Positions 1 through 12,790 of a stretch of 64,000 nt of DNA are shown here, piece after piece. The translations under genes and the position numbers were made by a program. Source of the stretch: Lama guanicoe (lineage: Eukaryota); NCBI GenBank assembly GCA_013239625.1, contig MU053934.1, forward strand, positions 4,916,399-4,980,398. The letters are read 5' to 3'. Below the pieces are notes generated by a model. It was not told where the DNA came from. It saw only the letters and a program-made list of their open reading frames with translations, and made no database searches. How positions within the stretch are numbered: position 1 is the first letter of the stretch; every line of letters begins with the position of its first letter.

Positions 1-69
1 TAATTTGCCTTACAGTATAAAGCCACAAATAATCATATTAAATTAGTAAAGCTATAATCTCCCTATGAT

Positions 70-128
70 CTGTGTGTGTTAAGTGTGTGTATGCATGTGT
101 ATGTGTGTGTATGTATGTGTGTGTGTAT
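70..128. repeat. Imperfect (TG)n/(TGTA)n microsatellite
   Basis: Directly visible tgtgtg/tatgtg run. Confidence 0.85.
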
Positions 129-1403
129 AAACATAGTTGTAGGTTCTGAGAATTTTTAAGTCATCTATCATTATATTTAACTGTAGTATATATTATATCC
201 AAGTGTTAAAATAAGAAAACATATTTGGAAAATACAGCTATGAAATATGCCAAGTATATTTACTACTTCTTCTGATATAAATTAGATATAATGGTTTAAT
301 TTCTCAGAAAAATGGAGATATGGACACATTTAAATGTGTTTTTCCTTAAAAAAATCTTTAAGTGGAACAGCTGAAGACCTTCAGGCCACAAAAATGGATC
401 AGAATGGATTATAAAACAGGTAAGGGACACTCATTACTAAATTTTAAACCATAGTTATGGTTCCACCAATAATAAAAACTGTAATTTTCCTCAATAGATT
501 ATCATTATCAAAACTGAAGCTGGAAGTGTCTTTGGTAGCGGTCATTATCTATCTTAATGTCTGTCTTAATTTAGGCTAGAGTTTAAGTGGAACCTGGTCT
601 CTGGCATGCTAAGGTCTCCACGCGTTACAGAGCACACTCCAGGCTGACTGAGATGGGCAGGTGCCTGAAAGCACAAGTGTCTGTGATCATCCAACCAAAC
701 CTTATAATGAAAATAAAACCCTACAGGTGACACTGTGAAGCTAAATTGGGTCAGAGGTTCAATTCTGACATGAATTAAACATACAAAATGTTTGAAGTGG
801 TACCCCGCACACAGTAAAAGAATATAGTTACTGGGCATTGTTATTACGGAACAGACAGTCTGAAGAAGTGGCTCACAAGGGAGTCCCAGCCACAGCCCTG
901 GCTGGAAGCAGACGGGAACCTGAGCATACCAGGCACTCTCCTGCCCCTCGCCCCCGACAGAACTTTCCGTATTCACAGACCACAAGCAGGACGCATGCCC
1001 TTCGTGCCCACTGGCTTTTGTATTTAAGGCCAAGAGAACTGGTGTGCCGTGGAAAGAGGATGAGGAGATGAACTACAATTCTCAAACACTCTCCCCATTA
1101 GATGTACAGACCAATAATAAACTTTTTTACCTCAATACTGAGTAAAACTCACGTCTAAGCTTGCAATACTGCAGCAAACCTTTAAATATCATTTAAATTG
1201 TGAATTCAAATGAAGTGCTATTTCTCATGAATGCTCTACTACTCAAAATAAGCAGACACAAAAACACTTCACCTATTAAAACTTCACATATTGTATATAT
1301 CCCTTTGGGAAACATCTTACTGAATACCCAAGATGACAGCTACCATTTCTCTTCCCTCCAGCAGAGGGGGATGGGATGGGCCATGTTCTTATAGTGCTCT
1401 GCT

Positions 1404-1444
1404 TATATATACATATATATATGTATATATATATATATATATAG
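1404..1444. repeat. (TA)n microsatellite at the tail of the adjacent L1
   Basis: Directly visible. Confidence 0.9.
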
Positions 1445-1665
1445 ATGTACAATATTATGTTAGTTTTAGGTGTACTATGTAGTGATTTGACATTTGCATA
1501 CATTATGAAATGATCACCATAAGTCTAGTAACCATCCATCTCCGTAGAAAGTTATTACAATATTATTGGCCATATTCCTTATGCTGTATATTACATCCCC
1601 ATGGAGTATTTATTTTATAACTGAAGGTTTGTACCTCTTAATCCCCCTCACCTATTTCACCCACA
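1445..1665 (-). mobile_element. L1 3' UTR terminal fragment (L1MA-like)
   Basis: gtacaatattatgttagttttaggtgtac...aaatgatcaccataagtctagtaaccatc...gtttgtacctctt is the reverse of a typical L1MA 3' end. Confidence 0.8.
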
Positions 1666-1934
1666 GCTTGTATTTTAATAAATGACTTAAAGAACTATAT
1701 TGTAAATTTATCTCTGTAATGTTTCATTTGCTCTTTTTATTCCAGCATCTTCCACATATTTTCACTCATTCATTTATGCAATAAATACATTGAGGATGGA
1801 CTATGTACTAGGCACTGACTGTGCCTGCAAATACAAAAAAATCAGCAGAATTAGACCAGCAAAGCCTTTAGACACTGTTAATTCACTGGAATTACAAAAC
1901 ACAGAAGATAAAATCACCACAGATATATTTAATT

Positions 1935-2035
1935 TGTGTGCATATGTATGACTGAACTATTATGCTGTACATCAGAAACTGACACAACATAGTAAACTGA
2001 CTATACTTCCATAAAAAAAATCAACTCCAAAAAAA
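1935..2035 (+). mobile_element. Short L1 3' end with A-tail
   Basis: atatgtatgactgaactattatgctgtacatcagaaactgacacaaca..gtaaactgactatacttc followed by A-runs; resembles the 3' ends of the young L1s at 32.3 kb and 39.7 kb. Confidence 0.75.
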
Positions 2036-2649
2036 ATTAAGAAAACTGGGAACTGGAAGACAGGGACAAAGAAATCGTTGAAAAGTAGAGCGCACAGATG
2101 AAACAAAAAGAAAACATGGATGTGAGGGGTGAGAAAGTTTAAATCAATCTCATCAGAGTCCCAACTCTCCTTCCAGTCTCGAATTCCCTGCCCCGTGACA
2201 GGTCAGCCATTCTTAATTACTCGAAAGGCACCCCCACCACACACAGGTGCTGCCCCACCTCCTGGTCTGCTCTGCTCTTTCACTTTCCTTTCCTTCAGTC
2301 TTATGGGACAAAGCAGCTTACAGGTCAAAGCTCCCTCCTCTGAGCTCTGCTCTTCCCGGGTGCTAGAACAGAGAGAGGGGAGTAAGGCACGAGTCCGTCT
2401 CTTCCCCACCTGCCCCCTGTTGTGGCCACACATTTACAGTGGTTGCTGCTGCTCTGGCTGTGATGGGCACCCATCCTCTCTGCATGGCAGGTACCCCAAC
2501 ACTGACTCCCTCATGAGGTGAGTATAAGTGTACCCTGGGGTGCCCCTAATGACACCATTTCTGAAGGTGGGACATCGAGGTCTGGTTCGGCTTATTCCAA
2601 CCACCTCCTGCTGCCTCCCCGCTGCCGTCCCACTGACTTCCAGTCTAGC

Positions 2650-4185
2650 ACCTTGGGTCTGACATGCGTTAGAATCCCCTCCTCCTCCCTTCTTCTCTCC
2701 AGGGTGACTGACCACTTCTGGAGAAAATTCACAACTGTGAACCTGGGAGTCGCCTGGGTCCTCAGAGCTCTCCCGTTTCCCTCAAAGACAACTCCAAACC
2801 TTCGCTGCTCTCCTCAAGCACCCCTGTCAACTTGACCTTTTCTCTCTCACTTTTAGAAGATGATTTTCACTCCACTTGTCAAGAAAAGAGAGACTTTTAA
2901 ACTGATCTGATTCAGTTTCTTGCCTGAATTGATCTGATTGGTCCACAACCAATCCTTACACCCACCCCTTCAGTCCTGAAGTTCAGAAACCCCTCTTACC
3001 AGGCCTGTCCTGCCATCCGTGTCACTGAAACACCCACACAAGTCACTTCCTCTCTTTCTAGTCTTCAACTTCTTTCCTTATTAGCTTCTCCTCTCAGCTC
3101 ACAGATGCCCAGTCTCTTCTATTTTAAACAATTCTTCTCTGGGCCCCTCTGATCGTTGTTCAATCTTTCTCCTGCTCCCCTCACCCAAACACACTGAAAA
3201 ATGATTCTTCCCCAGCTGAATCCACTTCCTTCTTTCCTGTTCAACTCCTCAAAACACTATAAGCTGGCTTCCATTCCTATCTTTCAACTGAAGCTGCCCT
3301 CTGGGAGGCTAGCACTGACCTCTTAACTGCTGAATCCAATGGAAATTTTTCAGTCCTTATGTCACAGGAATTCTCTGTGGCATTTAAGATTGATTAGCCT
3401 TTCCTCCTTCTGCATCCTTCATTTCATACCTTCATTCATTCAGAAGATATTTATTAGGCCACGTGTCACACACTCTTCTAGGTACTAAAAATACAGCAGT
3501 GTATGAAAACAGCTATATCCTCTTGCAGCTCACATTACAGTGGGGAAAGAAGAAATTAACAATTAGGTATTTAGATATAGTAAGTCAGATGGTGGTCAAG
3601 TCTATGGAGGGCAATGAAGCAGTTAAGGAGGGTTCAGGGAGTGCCAGGGAATGGGCAGACTTGTGGGGGAGGGGTGGGGACAAGCCTCACTGTTAAGGTG
3701 ACATTTAAGCAGAAAACTGAAGGGGGTGAGAGAGAGACGCATGCGGACAAGTGGAGGGCAGAGTGCTCCAGTCGGAGGGAAGAGTCCCTGTAGAGAGGGA
3801 GAGGCAGGAGGGTACCTGGCATGTCCCAACACCACCAAGGGGTCTAAGGCAGCTGTGCAGAGCGAACAGGGAGGAGGAGAGGGGGGAGAGGAAGGCAGAT
3901 CAGAGGGTCCTTGTGTGAGGTGAGAAGTCCCTGGAGGGTTTTTAAGCAAAGGAATGATACAGTATGACTTCTTTTTTATAAAATCACTTTGGCTTTTATG
4001 TAAAGAAAGGCTACAGGGGGCAAGGGGAGGAGCAGGCCACAAGTTAGGAGACCGCTTCAGTAACCCACCTTAGCCAAACTGGTTGACAGGACCAGGACAA
4101 GCGACAGAGGTGGTCTGATTCTAGATATATTTTGAAGGTAGAATGGATATGAGAGAGAAATAAGCCAGGGGTGACTTTGAAGGGT
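2650..4185. mobile_element. LINE2 fragments (two adjacent pieces)
   Basis: L2-typical phrases: tgacctcttaactgctgaatccaatggaaatttttcagtcctt; cattcattcagaagatatttatt..ctaggtact..atacagcagtg; ggagggttttaagca; atatattttgaaggtaga. Confidence 0.7.
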
Positions 4186-4849
4186 TGGGCTGGATGCAGC
4201 TCCAGTCCAGCTGGCTGTACGTGAGGCTGTCCTCACAGGCCTCTAGCATCTTTCTGCTGAGGCCTTCCTGCCCTCCAGGCCGCCCAACTGGACAGGCAGC
4301 TCTCGCTCCTCCATAACCCCCATCTGGGCAGCCCATGCTGTGATCAGCTACGGGTCACAGGCCATCACCAGGCCTCTGTTGTGTTACCACCAAAGCTACT
4401 GGTCAGCTTTTTCCTCTCCCAGGCCAGAGTCAGACTCTGACTATAATTCGAGGCATGAGTCAGGCACTGGTCTCCAGTTCCAGGGAATGTACTTGAAAGC
4501 CTCTCTCCCTGGGGCTGGGGTTAGCGAGGAGCAGTCTTCTCACTGCTGCCCCATATGGGGTTGTGTGGAGACTCAGAGCATGATAACAGCTCTGGTCCGA
4601 GAAATTTCTTCACCAGATTCTCCCTCTTCCACCACAATGTCCCCCTTAAAAGGTTCCAAACTCCGTGTGTGTGTTTGTGCGTGTATGTGGTGAGGTGAGG
4701 GTGGGGCTCAAGAGTCACAGAGTAGGTTTTCACCCGTTTCCTTTAACAATCTCCACATATGGCTTTGATATCTGGTATCTGTTTTATTATTAGTTTCTAA
4801 AGCAAAAGAGAGTCAGAAAGAGCCCATTTTAACATCCTATTACACATAC

Positions 4850-6565
4850 GTAGTCTGGCTGAGTCCAAAGTCACTGTATTGACCCACCTCCTGAATTATT
4901 ATTCAGAGACTTTAGAACCCTATAACTAATTTACCCTTCTCCTCAGTCACATGCTGTTATAACATCTAGCATTTCAGTTCTTTTTCAAACACCAGAAATT
5001 AAAATTATTTTATATTACTTTTTATTTTATTACTATTTTTTCAATGGAGGTATTGGGGATTGAACCCAGGACCTCGTGCATACTAAGCATGTGCTCTACC
5101 ACCAAGCTATACCCACCCTGCCTTCCAATACTACAAATTAAATGTTATAATTAGTTTTTTAAACTACATCTGCTCAGATTCACCTGTACGTTTACCAATT
5201 TCTTTGCTCACCATTCCTTCTTACACTCTGACATTAATTCTGGAATTCCTGAAATACATGGTTACAAGCTCCTAAGGGCCTGTGGTGGTAAACCCAGCTT
5301 CTGTTTATTTCAGGTGTCTTTTTTTGAAAGGAACTTTACTTCATTGTTTTTCTTAAATGATTACACACTTTAGGTTGACAGATATTTTTTCTGAAAACAG
5401 AAAGATATTATTGCCTGTCTTCTGGCTTCCAGTGTGGTTGCTGAGAAGTCTGTTTTGTTATTCTGTCACAGAAATTTGCTTTTCTCTCTTTCTTTACTGC
5501 TCCACAGGTTTACTATGACATAAGAGTTTGCAGTTTTAGCTCTGTATCCTATTGGTATATAGTGTGCGTCCTGTACCTTTGGATTCATGTCTTTCATCAC
5601 TTCTGGAAAAATTATCTCCCCCCATGTTATCAAATACTACCTCTCTTTCTACATATATATTCTCTCCCTCTGGGACTCTGATTGGTTATATTAAACTTCA
5701 TTTATCATTTATGTCTCAAGTTTTCTTTAGTATTTTCCAACTTCTTGGCCTCTTTGCTGCATTCTGGGGAATTTTTCCTAATACACATTCTAATTCAGTC
5801 ATTGTGATGGCAGTTTGATCTATTGTTTAATCCATCCACATCCACTGAGTTCTTACTTTGAAACAATTTTATTTTTCCTTTCTGAAAGTTTTATTTGGTC
5901 ATTTTTCAAATCTGTCTAGTCATCTGTCCCTTATTGATTCCACCTTTTTTTTTCTTAAACATTTCATACTCAGCTGCTTAATATTCTGCAGCTAAAAGCT
6001 CATGTCTGAAATCCTTGGAAGGTAAATCTGCTGTCTGTGATGTCATTGACTTTCAGTCAGGCAGGCTTATTCCCATATGTTTTTGGTGATCACTGATCAT
6101 GACATCCTGTTTGGCCAGGTTAATCTGTAAGAGTCCTGGAGTCCAAACTGGGCCTGCTCTCCTCCAGAAAGGATCTGTGTTTTTGTCAGGAGTCAGGTTA
6201 GACCCTTCTTAGTGCTCCTAGCGCTCCACTTAATGCAGAAGTCTGAGGCTCTGCTTCCTCCCCTGCCGCAGGCTCAAGCCTTAGTTTTTTGACTGTAGAT
6301 GCTGATATCAGCATTCGCCTTCAAGAAAAACTGCCTTTTGATTCCTTTAAACTCTTAGTTCCCTGCTCTAATCAGGTTTCAGTTCTGGGTTTATTTGGTT
6401 TCTGTTGTTTTTCTTCTGTTTTGCCCTTAGAGATTTCTTTTAGCCCCAAGAACCCAACAGTGCATTAAAAGGTATCTTTTATTCCAGAATCTAGGGGTTC
6501 TGTTTGTCTTTTAGTTGCAGGAGGACCTTCAGAGTGTCTAGTCCACCACATTGCTGAAAATGAAA
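4850..6565 (-). mobile_element. Old L1ME/HAL1-like element, interrupted by a SINE
   Basis: T-rich, with ttctggcttccagtgtggttgctgagaagtctg, ttctggaaaattatc and tctgaaagttttatttggtcatttttcaaatctg, typical of antisense HAL1/L1ME. Confidence 0.6.
5007..5121 (-). mobile_element. Camelid tRNA-derived SINE (Vic-1-like)
   Basis: Reverse complement reads gggtatagcttggtggtagagcacatgcttagtatgcacgaggtcctgggttcaatccccaatacctccatt plus A-rich tail; Pol III A and B boxes present. Confidence 0.85.
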
Positions 6566-7739
6566 GAAGTCAGGAGTATAGTTTTTAACCCTGTAGATAA
6601 TGAAAAGCCATTAAAGGCTGTTTTGAGGATTTGTGTGTTTCACAGATCATCATGGAGATTATATGGCAGATAGACAGGGGTGAGTTTAAGGCAAAGAGAT
6701 CACTGACAAAGGTAATCTAACAGTGCAGGCTACACACAGATGACAAGGGCCCACACAGGAGGGATAGAGATGACAGTTAAAATGATTATCATACAAGTGT
6801 CACAATTTAGTGATTAAATGTTTCTGAATAATAAAGCTTCTTCCAAGTTTATAGGTAGCAAAGGATTGGTAACTATCATTATCAAAGTATTAAGCACTCC
6901 TTTCTGGGTTTTTCTTTCCTAAATTAATTGAGTCCAATACTTCCAGGAAGCAGAACACCTTTTAAAATCTGTATTTATGTAAAACATTTGACCTTGGCAT
7001 GAGCCACAACTGAGTTATCAAGATTTGTAACTGCTGTAGCCCTTTGTTTATCTTGTCTGAAGGCCACACTGCATGTTGATCCAAAAGAAACACCTGCCGC
7101 AAAACTCTCACACACTTTCAGAGTACCTCTGTAGTGCAATAGTGCCATCTATCATATTACACACTCACATGTGGGCACGTGCACACACACACACAAATCT
7201 TTAGACAGGAAAAAGGATATCTGCAGAAGTCTAGTCAACCTATGAGAAACTAGGTCATTCACCGTCTACTTCACCCAGTCCTCTAAAGCGCCCATACCAT
7301 GTTTGCAGAAGATAATAATATGAAGAGAAGAAAATCCAGAACCACAATTTACATTTTGTTAAAACTGCCAACTTCAGGGGAAATGAAACTTCAGGGGAAA
7401 TTGAACATGCTGGACATGCTGGACTATAATCAACAAGAAGGGCAAAGAGATTAAATACTAGATTTCTCTCTGAATTTTTATTAAGGGATTGGGTATGTTT
7501 GATGATGACCTACATTCAAGGTTTGTTGTGCTTTTTAAAATAGTATAAAATTCTCAGATCTCTGAAATGCACAGCAGACATACCACCATCCAGAAAACAC
7601 AGTCAGAATCTTTAGTTAGGTGTCTCAAGGAAAGAGACTGTTTCAAGAACCAGGAAAAACAATCGTCTAGGTTCCAATTTAGTTATTTCAGAGAACTCAT
7701 ATTCAGTATTTCCGGAGTAAATACAAGACTTCAAATGGA

Positions 7740-8560
7740 TGTCTCAGAAGCACCTCAAACATAATGTATTCAAAACATAGCTCTTAAGGTACCCCCCCAA
7801 ACCTGTTCTCCCCACCTTCTCAGTAAATGGCACCATCACACACTCACTTCCCAAAGGCAGAACACTAGGAGTCACTTTTGTTCCCATCCTTTTCCTCAGT
7901 CTCCAGAGCCACTGCCTCCACCCTTGGTCGTGGTCCTGGACAGGCTGCACAGCCTCTTCACTGGTCTTTCTGCTCTGCACCCCCTCATAACACTCACTGC
8001 CCCTTGGTTTATATTTAAGTAAATACAAATCAGATGGTATCACTCTTCTGCTTCAAATGTGCCCACTGTACTCAGAATTCAGTCCAACCCCCCTCCCCGT
8101 GACTTTCACAGTCCTGCATGATGCGGCTCCTGCCTACCTTTCTCTGATCCCCTTTCACACCACCCTCCCCTCATTTGCTATGTTCTGGCCTCACCAGCCT
8201 CCTCGCAATTCCAGAAACAAGCTAACCAGTTAACTGGCTATTGCTGTTCCCTCTACTTGGATTGTTCCTTCCCAGGATTCTTCATCCTCATCTTACGTCA
8301 TATCACCTCTTCACAGAGGCTTTCTCTGGTCACCCAACTAAAGTTTAGACTCCCATTATCACTTTACAGAAGTTGCCTGTCTATTTCCCTCACAGCTCGT
8401 GTCACGCTCTTTAATTACTTAACTAGTTTACTGCCAATCCCCTTCACCAGAACGGAAGCCCCGAGGGCAGACAGGGCCTGCACACTCCCAGTATAGCTCA
8501 CTCCTACCACAGGGCCTGACACACAGCAGAAACTCTGTAAGTATCTGCTGAATTTAACCC
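7740..8560. mobile_element. LINE2 fragment
   Basis: cttctcagtaaatggcaccatc, cagatggtatcactcttctgcttcaaa, ctattgctgttccctctacttgga, agggcctgacacacagcag..aagtatctgctgaat. Confidence 0.75.
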
Positions 8561-9713
8561 AAATTTCTCAAACTTTCCTTCTAACATTTTATTAGTATTT
8601 AGCAATTAGCATCTACTTGTTGATAGTTATTTCAGCTTCTGCTTATGAAAAGTAGGACAAACTCTGGGTTTTGACTCTAAAGAGTTCACTAAGTTGGGGT
8701 CTAGAGCACACCTACCACTACAATCAATACAAACAGCAGCAACACTCCTCATTAGCATCAGAATCCACAAAACACGCGGCTTTATTGAGTCGAATTCGGC
8801 TCCAACAAAGAATCAACAATGTTGAGCATCCCTCCCATGCTCAGTCCATCTTCACCCTGAGAAATGTCCCCGGGCTTCTGCTCTTTTCTCTCCAACATCT
8901 TACCAGTTCTGACTCATCCAATATTCAATTCAATAAAGATTAATGGAGAGCCTGCTACGTGCTGGGCATTGTGCTAGAAACTGGAGACACTAGGGTGAAA
9001 GGATGATGATGAAGTATTAACAGCCATTGTCTCCCTCCCCACAACTCCCACACATCTTGAGTCCCCAAGGCCCTTTCCCCAAGTCACCAAAATATGAAGT
9101 TGCCACTGCCCAACAGGAAGTTTCCAGAAGGAAAGACTTAAGTTGAAAACAAACAAACAAAAGCCAGATTAACTTGTAACAGAGGGAATTTGGGAAGAAT
9201 ATTGGTTTAGGTTGTTCCGTACCCACCACCCCACCTCCAAGCATCTACCTCAGACTAGATTTTCTGAGATGGGAGATGAACAGAGGAAGCAAGAATTAGA
9301 TGCTGGTGAGGGAGGTCTTGTACCCTGAACCTGTCCAGAGCCAAGTCTTGGGAGTTGGGGAAACCAGAGAAGGGCCAGTCATCCATCTATCCAACCAGTA
9401 TTTCTTGAGCACCTGACTAGCTGGCCACGCTTTTAGGCACTGAGCATTCAGCAGTGAACAAAACAGAAAAAAAAAGTCTCCCCCTCACACTGCTTTCATT
9501 CTGAGGGTGAAGAGGTGGAGCCTGGAGAAAGAGTAACATTATGGAATTCTCCCACCCCTCTTCACCTCATCCAGCAGAACAGGATTGAAGCAGTAGAACA
9601 GAAATTCAAGTAGGGGATCTGGGAAGACAGTATCTGAGCCAGGCTCTCAGAATCCCCTACTATGGGAAAGAAGTTATATTTTCTGCCACCAGGAAATTTA
9701 AAAATTACCTTGA

Positions 9714-9716
<3 letters not shown>

Positions 9717-9752
<36 letters not shown>
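9717..9752. repeat. (CA)n microsatellite
   Basis: Directly visible, near-perfect run. Confidence 0.95.
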
Positions 9753-9755
<3 letters not shown>

Positions 9756-10444
9756 AATACAGCTACTCCTTTTGGCACACTTTAAGACATGCTTGAAAAT
9801 ATGCTGGTGACTCAAGCACGAGTAAGATGCCACGTCTGCCTTTGAGGGCTCTTCCATCTCTGTGACAGCCCCTTGTCTTTCTTCACCCACCTCTTCTAAA
9901 TCCCACTAAGACAGCCCCTCAGGTCTCTCTCTGCCCTCCAGATTTTCCTTCTAAAACCCACTAACTTGAGTAACATCTAGAAACTAAGGGGAGGGGTACA
10001 TCCATGCTGTGTCTCTGGGATCCTGCCACACCAGAGACAGAATCCGGTTTCAGACCAAATTTGAAATGATATTAAAGGAAAAGCTAAATAAATAATATCT
10101 GAGCCAACACCAATGCCCACGTGCATTCCCTCTCTAGATCCTTGAACATTATTTTAAATCCTATGTGTTTTGAACATTTCCTCCTTTTAAACAGACTCTT
10201 TTTGACTAATATAACAATCAAATATCAATTAGGGATGAGGGAAATTCCACAGAATTTCCAAAGGCAACCCTGCAGGTAGTGAACCTCACAGGTGAACTTG
10301 GAGTACCCCTCTTACACTGCTCATGCTGCTCTTCTTTTGAAGAACTGGGATGAATCTTCTCTGAAGACACATTAAAAGCACATGCAAAAAATACAGAAAG
10401 AGCACTGTGAGGACAACTGTATTCAATTAGGGGCATCTCAAACA

Positions 10445-10960
10445 ATATTTATTTAGCCAACAAATATTTAGTGGAGCACTCACTGTGCGCTAAGCACTGG
10501 ATTAGAGGCAGAGGACATACTGATGAACAAGACACAGGCCTCTCAAAAAAATCATTGTCTAGTTGGTTTCAGGCCGGGGGAAATAACGGGCGATGACAAT
10601 ACAGCAGAATCAGCGCTGGATCTGGAGCATGCGCGGAGTGCCGGGAGAGCCCGACGAGGAGCAGTAACTCCTGCTATCGGCGAGTCAGGAAAGACTTCCT
10701 GGAAGAAGCAACATCTTAGCTGAAGCTAAGTATTCAAACGAATAGGGACAGAGGACAGAGGGGAGAGGAGGTCTTCCCAGCTGAGGAAGGGGCATATGCA
10801 AAGTGTGAGAGAAATGGCATTTAAGGCAAGGAGTTTAGCATCCTTAGCTAGACACTGCGTGTGATGGGGGACGAAGGAGGTGAAAAGTAACCTGGAGGGG
10901 AGAGCAGAGGCCCATGCTGAACGGAGCTTATCCGCTATGCTAAGGTGTTAGTCTTTATCC
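10445..10960. mobile_element. LINE2 3' fragment
   Basis: caacaaatatttagtggagcactcactgtgcgctaagcactgg...gtcaggaaagacttcctggaaga. Confidence 0.75.
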
Positions 10961-11206
10961 TACAGTGAGCTCCTCAGAGTCCTGGCCTGATTATACAGTG
11001 GCATTTTAGAAACGTTCTAAGTCTCTCGTTCTGTTTTGACCCCTGACTGCTCTTCCTAACTTGAGTGCCTCCAGTCCTTTCTTTACATTGCATCCTCAGT
11101 CATCTTTCTCAAGCGAGGAGCTGGCTGTACTGTGCCCCTACTTGAAACACTGCAAAAGCTCCCATGGTTATTCAGACACATTATCAGGAGACCAGGCCTT
11201 CACGCC

Positions 11207-12032
11207 TGTCTCAGTCTGCTAGCACTGCTGTAACAAAACACCACAGACAGGGTAGCTTATATACAACAGAAATTTCTCTCTCACAGTTCTGGAGGCTGAA
11301 GTCTGAGATCAGGGTGCCAGCACACTCAGGCTCTGGGGAAGCCCTCTTCCCGGTAACAGACTGCAGACTCCTCGCTGTGTACTCAGACAGGGGAAGGGGC
11401 TGCGGAGCTCGGTGAGGTCTCCTGCATAAGGTCACTACTTCCATTCATGAGGGCTCCATCGTCATGACCTAATTACCTCCCAAAGACCCCACATCCTATG
11501 AAAATTGATAAGGGGAAACTTCACTAAAATAGAGTCTGGAGGCCAGAAAGGAGAGCTCTCAGGCACGTACCACTCAATGTCAATAGAGATACTAACAGGA
11601 AGAGATGTACCTTGCATCTCCCCCAGGAAGTGACACTACTTTACTAGAGCCAGTAGGAAGAAGAAAGAATTTATCCTTGCCTGGCAACAGCTCAACCAAT
11701 GAAAGACTGTCACAATTCAGCCAATGAAAAGCCACAACACTTTGAACTCTCATTTTCCTCCAATGGACTTTTTGTTTATAACAGCCCTTCTCAACTTCCC
11801 CTTCTCCTCTATAAAAGAGCTTCCTCTGGCTTTGCTTTACTGGATTTGCATATGGATTGCCATAGTTGCATGTCCAAATTGCAATTCTTTGCTCTCCTGA
11901 ATAAACATGCTTTGCCAATAAAGAAACTGGCTGTTGTATTGTTTTAGGTTAATACTCTTAATACCATCACTTTGGACATTAGGTTTTCAACATATGAACT
12001 GGGGGATAGACACAAACATTCAGACCACAGCA
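11207..12032 (-). mobile_element. MaLR LTR (MLT1A-like), split by a nested LTR at 11499-11954
   Basis: TG..CA ends; tgctgtaacaaaacaccacagac, ctcacagttctggaggctgaagtctgagatcaggg, taattacctcccaaag and acaaacattcagaccacagca. The consensus resumes (taataccatcac) after the insert. Confidence 0.85.
11499..11954 (+). mobile_element. Solo endogenous-retrovirus LTR (ERV1-like)
   Basis: 456-bp insert in MLT1; begins TG, ends ggttaata. Contains three CCAAT boxes (11696-11764), TATAAAA (~11810) and AATAAA (~11900, ~11917). Degenerate TSD atccta/ctctta. Confidence 0.8.
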
Positions 12033-12044
12033 GTGCCACTTTGC

Positions 12045-12146
12045 CCAGGAAGCTCTGCGCTTACATTCGTTATTCTAGCTAATTATTAACTGTGCCTCTT
12101 TTCACTCTGGTATCCTGGTTTGGACAATAAATTATATGGTCACTTT
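12045..12146. mobile_element. MER94-like hAT MITE fragment
   Basis: cctggtttggacaataaattatatggtcac matches the recalled MER94 terminus. Confidence 0.6.
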
Positions 12147-12351
12147 TATTGATAAGGCTTTGCTTATCTCTCTGGCTTCATCTGGTACCTCTCCTACCAT
12201 CCACTTAATCTTAAGGCTCTGCTAAATTTCTTTCAGTTCTTCAAACCTGCCGCCCAGCTTCCTATTACCCCATCCTCTTGGTCTCTCCCATACTGTTCCC
12301 TCTGCCTAAGTCTCTTCTCTCCTCACTTGGTCTGACTCATTCTGCATGTAA

Positions 12352-12790
12352 TAGGCAAAATAGTGTAGTGAACTGTTTTTCAAACAGCAGACTGTGATCT
12401 GTTAGTAGGTTATGAAATCAATTTGTAGGTCACATCCAGTATTTTAAGAAACTGTCTAGAATAAAATAGAATGGATTAGAGTCATTGTCAATAACTATTG
12501 TGAAACTATCGTTTCAGGTATGTGTCTGTGTATACCGGGTCATCACACAAAGGGCATATCTGACTGTGGGTCACAGTCAAAAGGTTTGAAACACGGCAGC
12601 ACAGGCTCTGGGATCAAACTATTTTGGTCTAAATCCTGACTCTGCCACTTCCTAGCTCTGTACCTAGGCAAGTTATTTCAAATTTCTGTGTGGATTTTCT
12701 TCATCTATCTCATAAGACTGTTTCGAAGATTAAATGAAATAAAATGCTGAAAGTACACCCAGCACACACATTATAAGTGTTGGCCATTTC
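12352..12790. mobile_element. MIR interrupted by a hAT-Charlie-type MITE (~12371-12595)
   Basis: MIR core aatcctgactctgccacttcctagctctgt..ggcaagtta. The MITE has inverted ends tgtttttcaaac / gtttgaaacac. Confidence 0.65.

Noticed and set aside
308..425. Possible + strand exon ending at a strong donor (CAG|GTAAGG at 419/420)
   Set aside because: Weak acceptor, no recognisable peptide and no partner exons. Such donors occur by chance in 64 kb; it would need RNA evidence.
566..1085. 155-aa and overlapping ORFs as a further ENTHD1 exon or a new gene
   Set aside because: No similarity to the recalled ENTHD1 C-terminus or any family I recognise; the next ENTHD1 exon probably lies outside the window.
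2129..4733. Cluster of 60-140 aa ORFs in GC-richer sequence
   Set aside because: They overlap L2 relics or have low-information composition, and show no domain motifs or splice structure.
5040..5120. tRNA genes (also at 20130 and 43350)
   Set aside because: These are tRNA-like heads followed by SINE body, A-tail and TSDs, so SINEs rather than tRNAs.
7370..7425. Adjacent micro-duplications (aacttcaggggaaat x2, acatgctgg x2), and similar short repeats at 12923-12953 and 19153-19176
   Set aside because: Ordinary slippage duplications with no array or spacer structure; not CRISPR-like.
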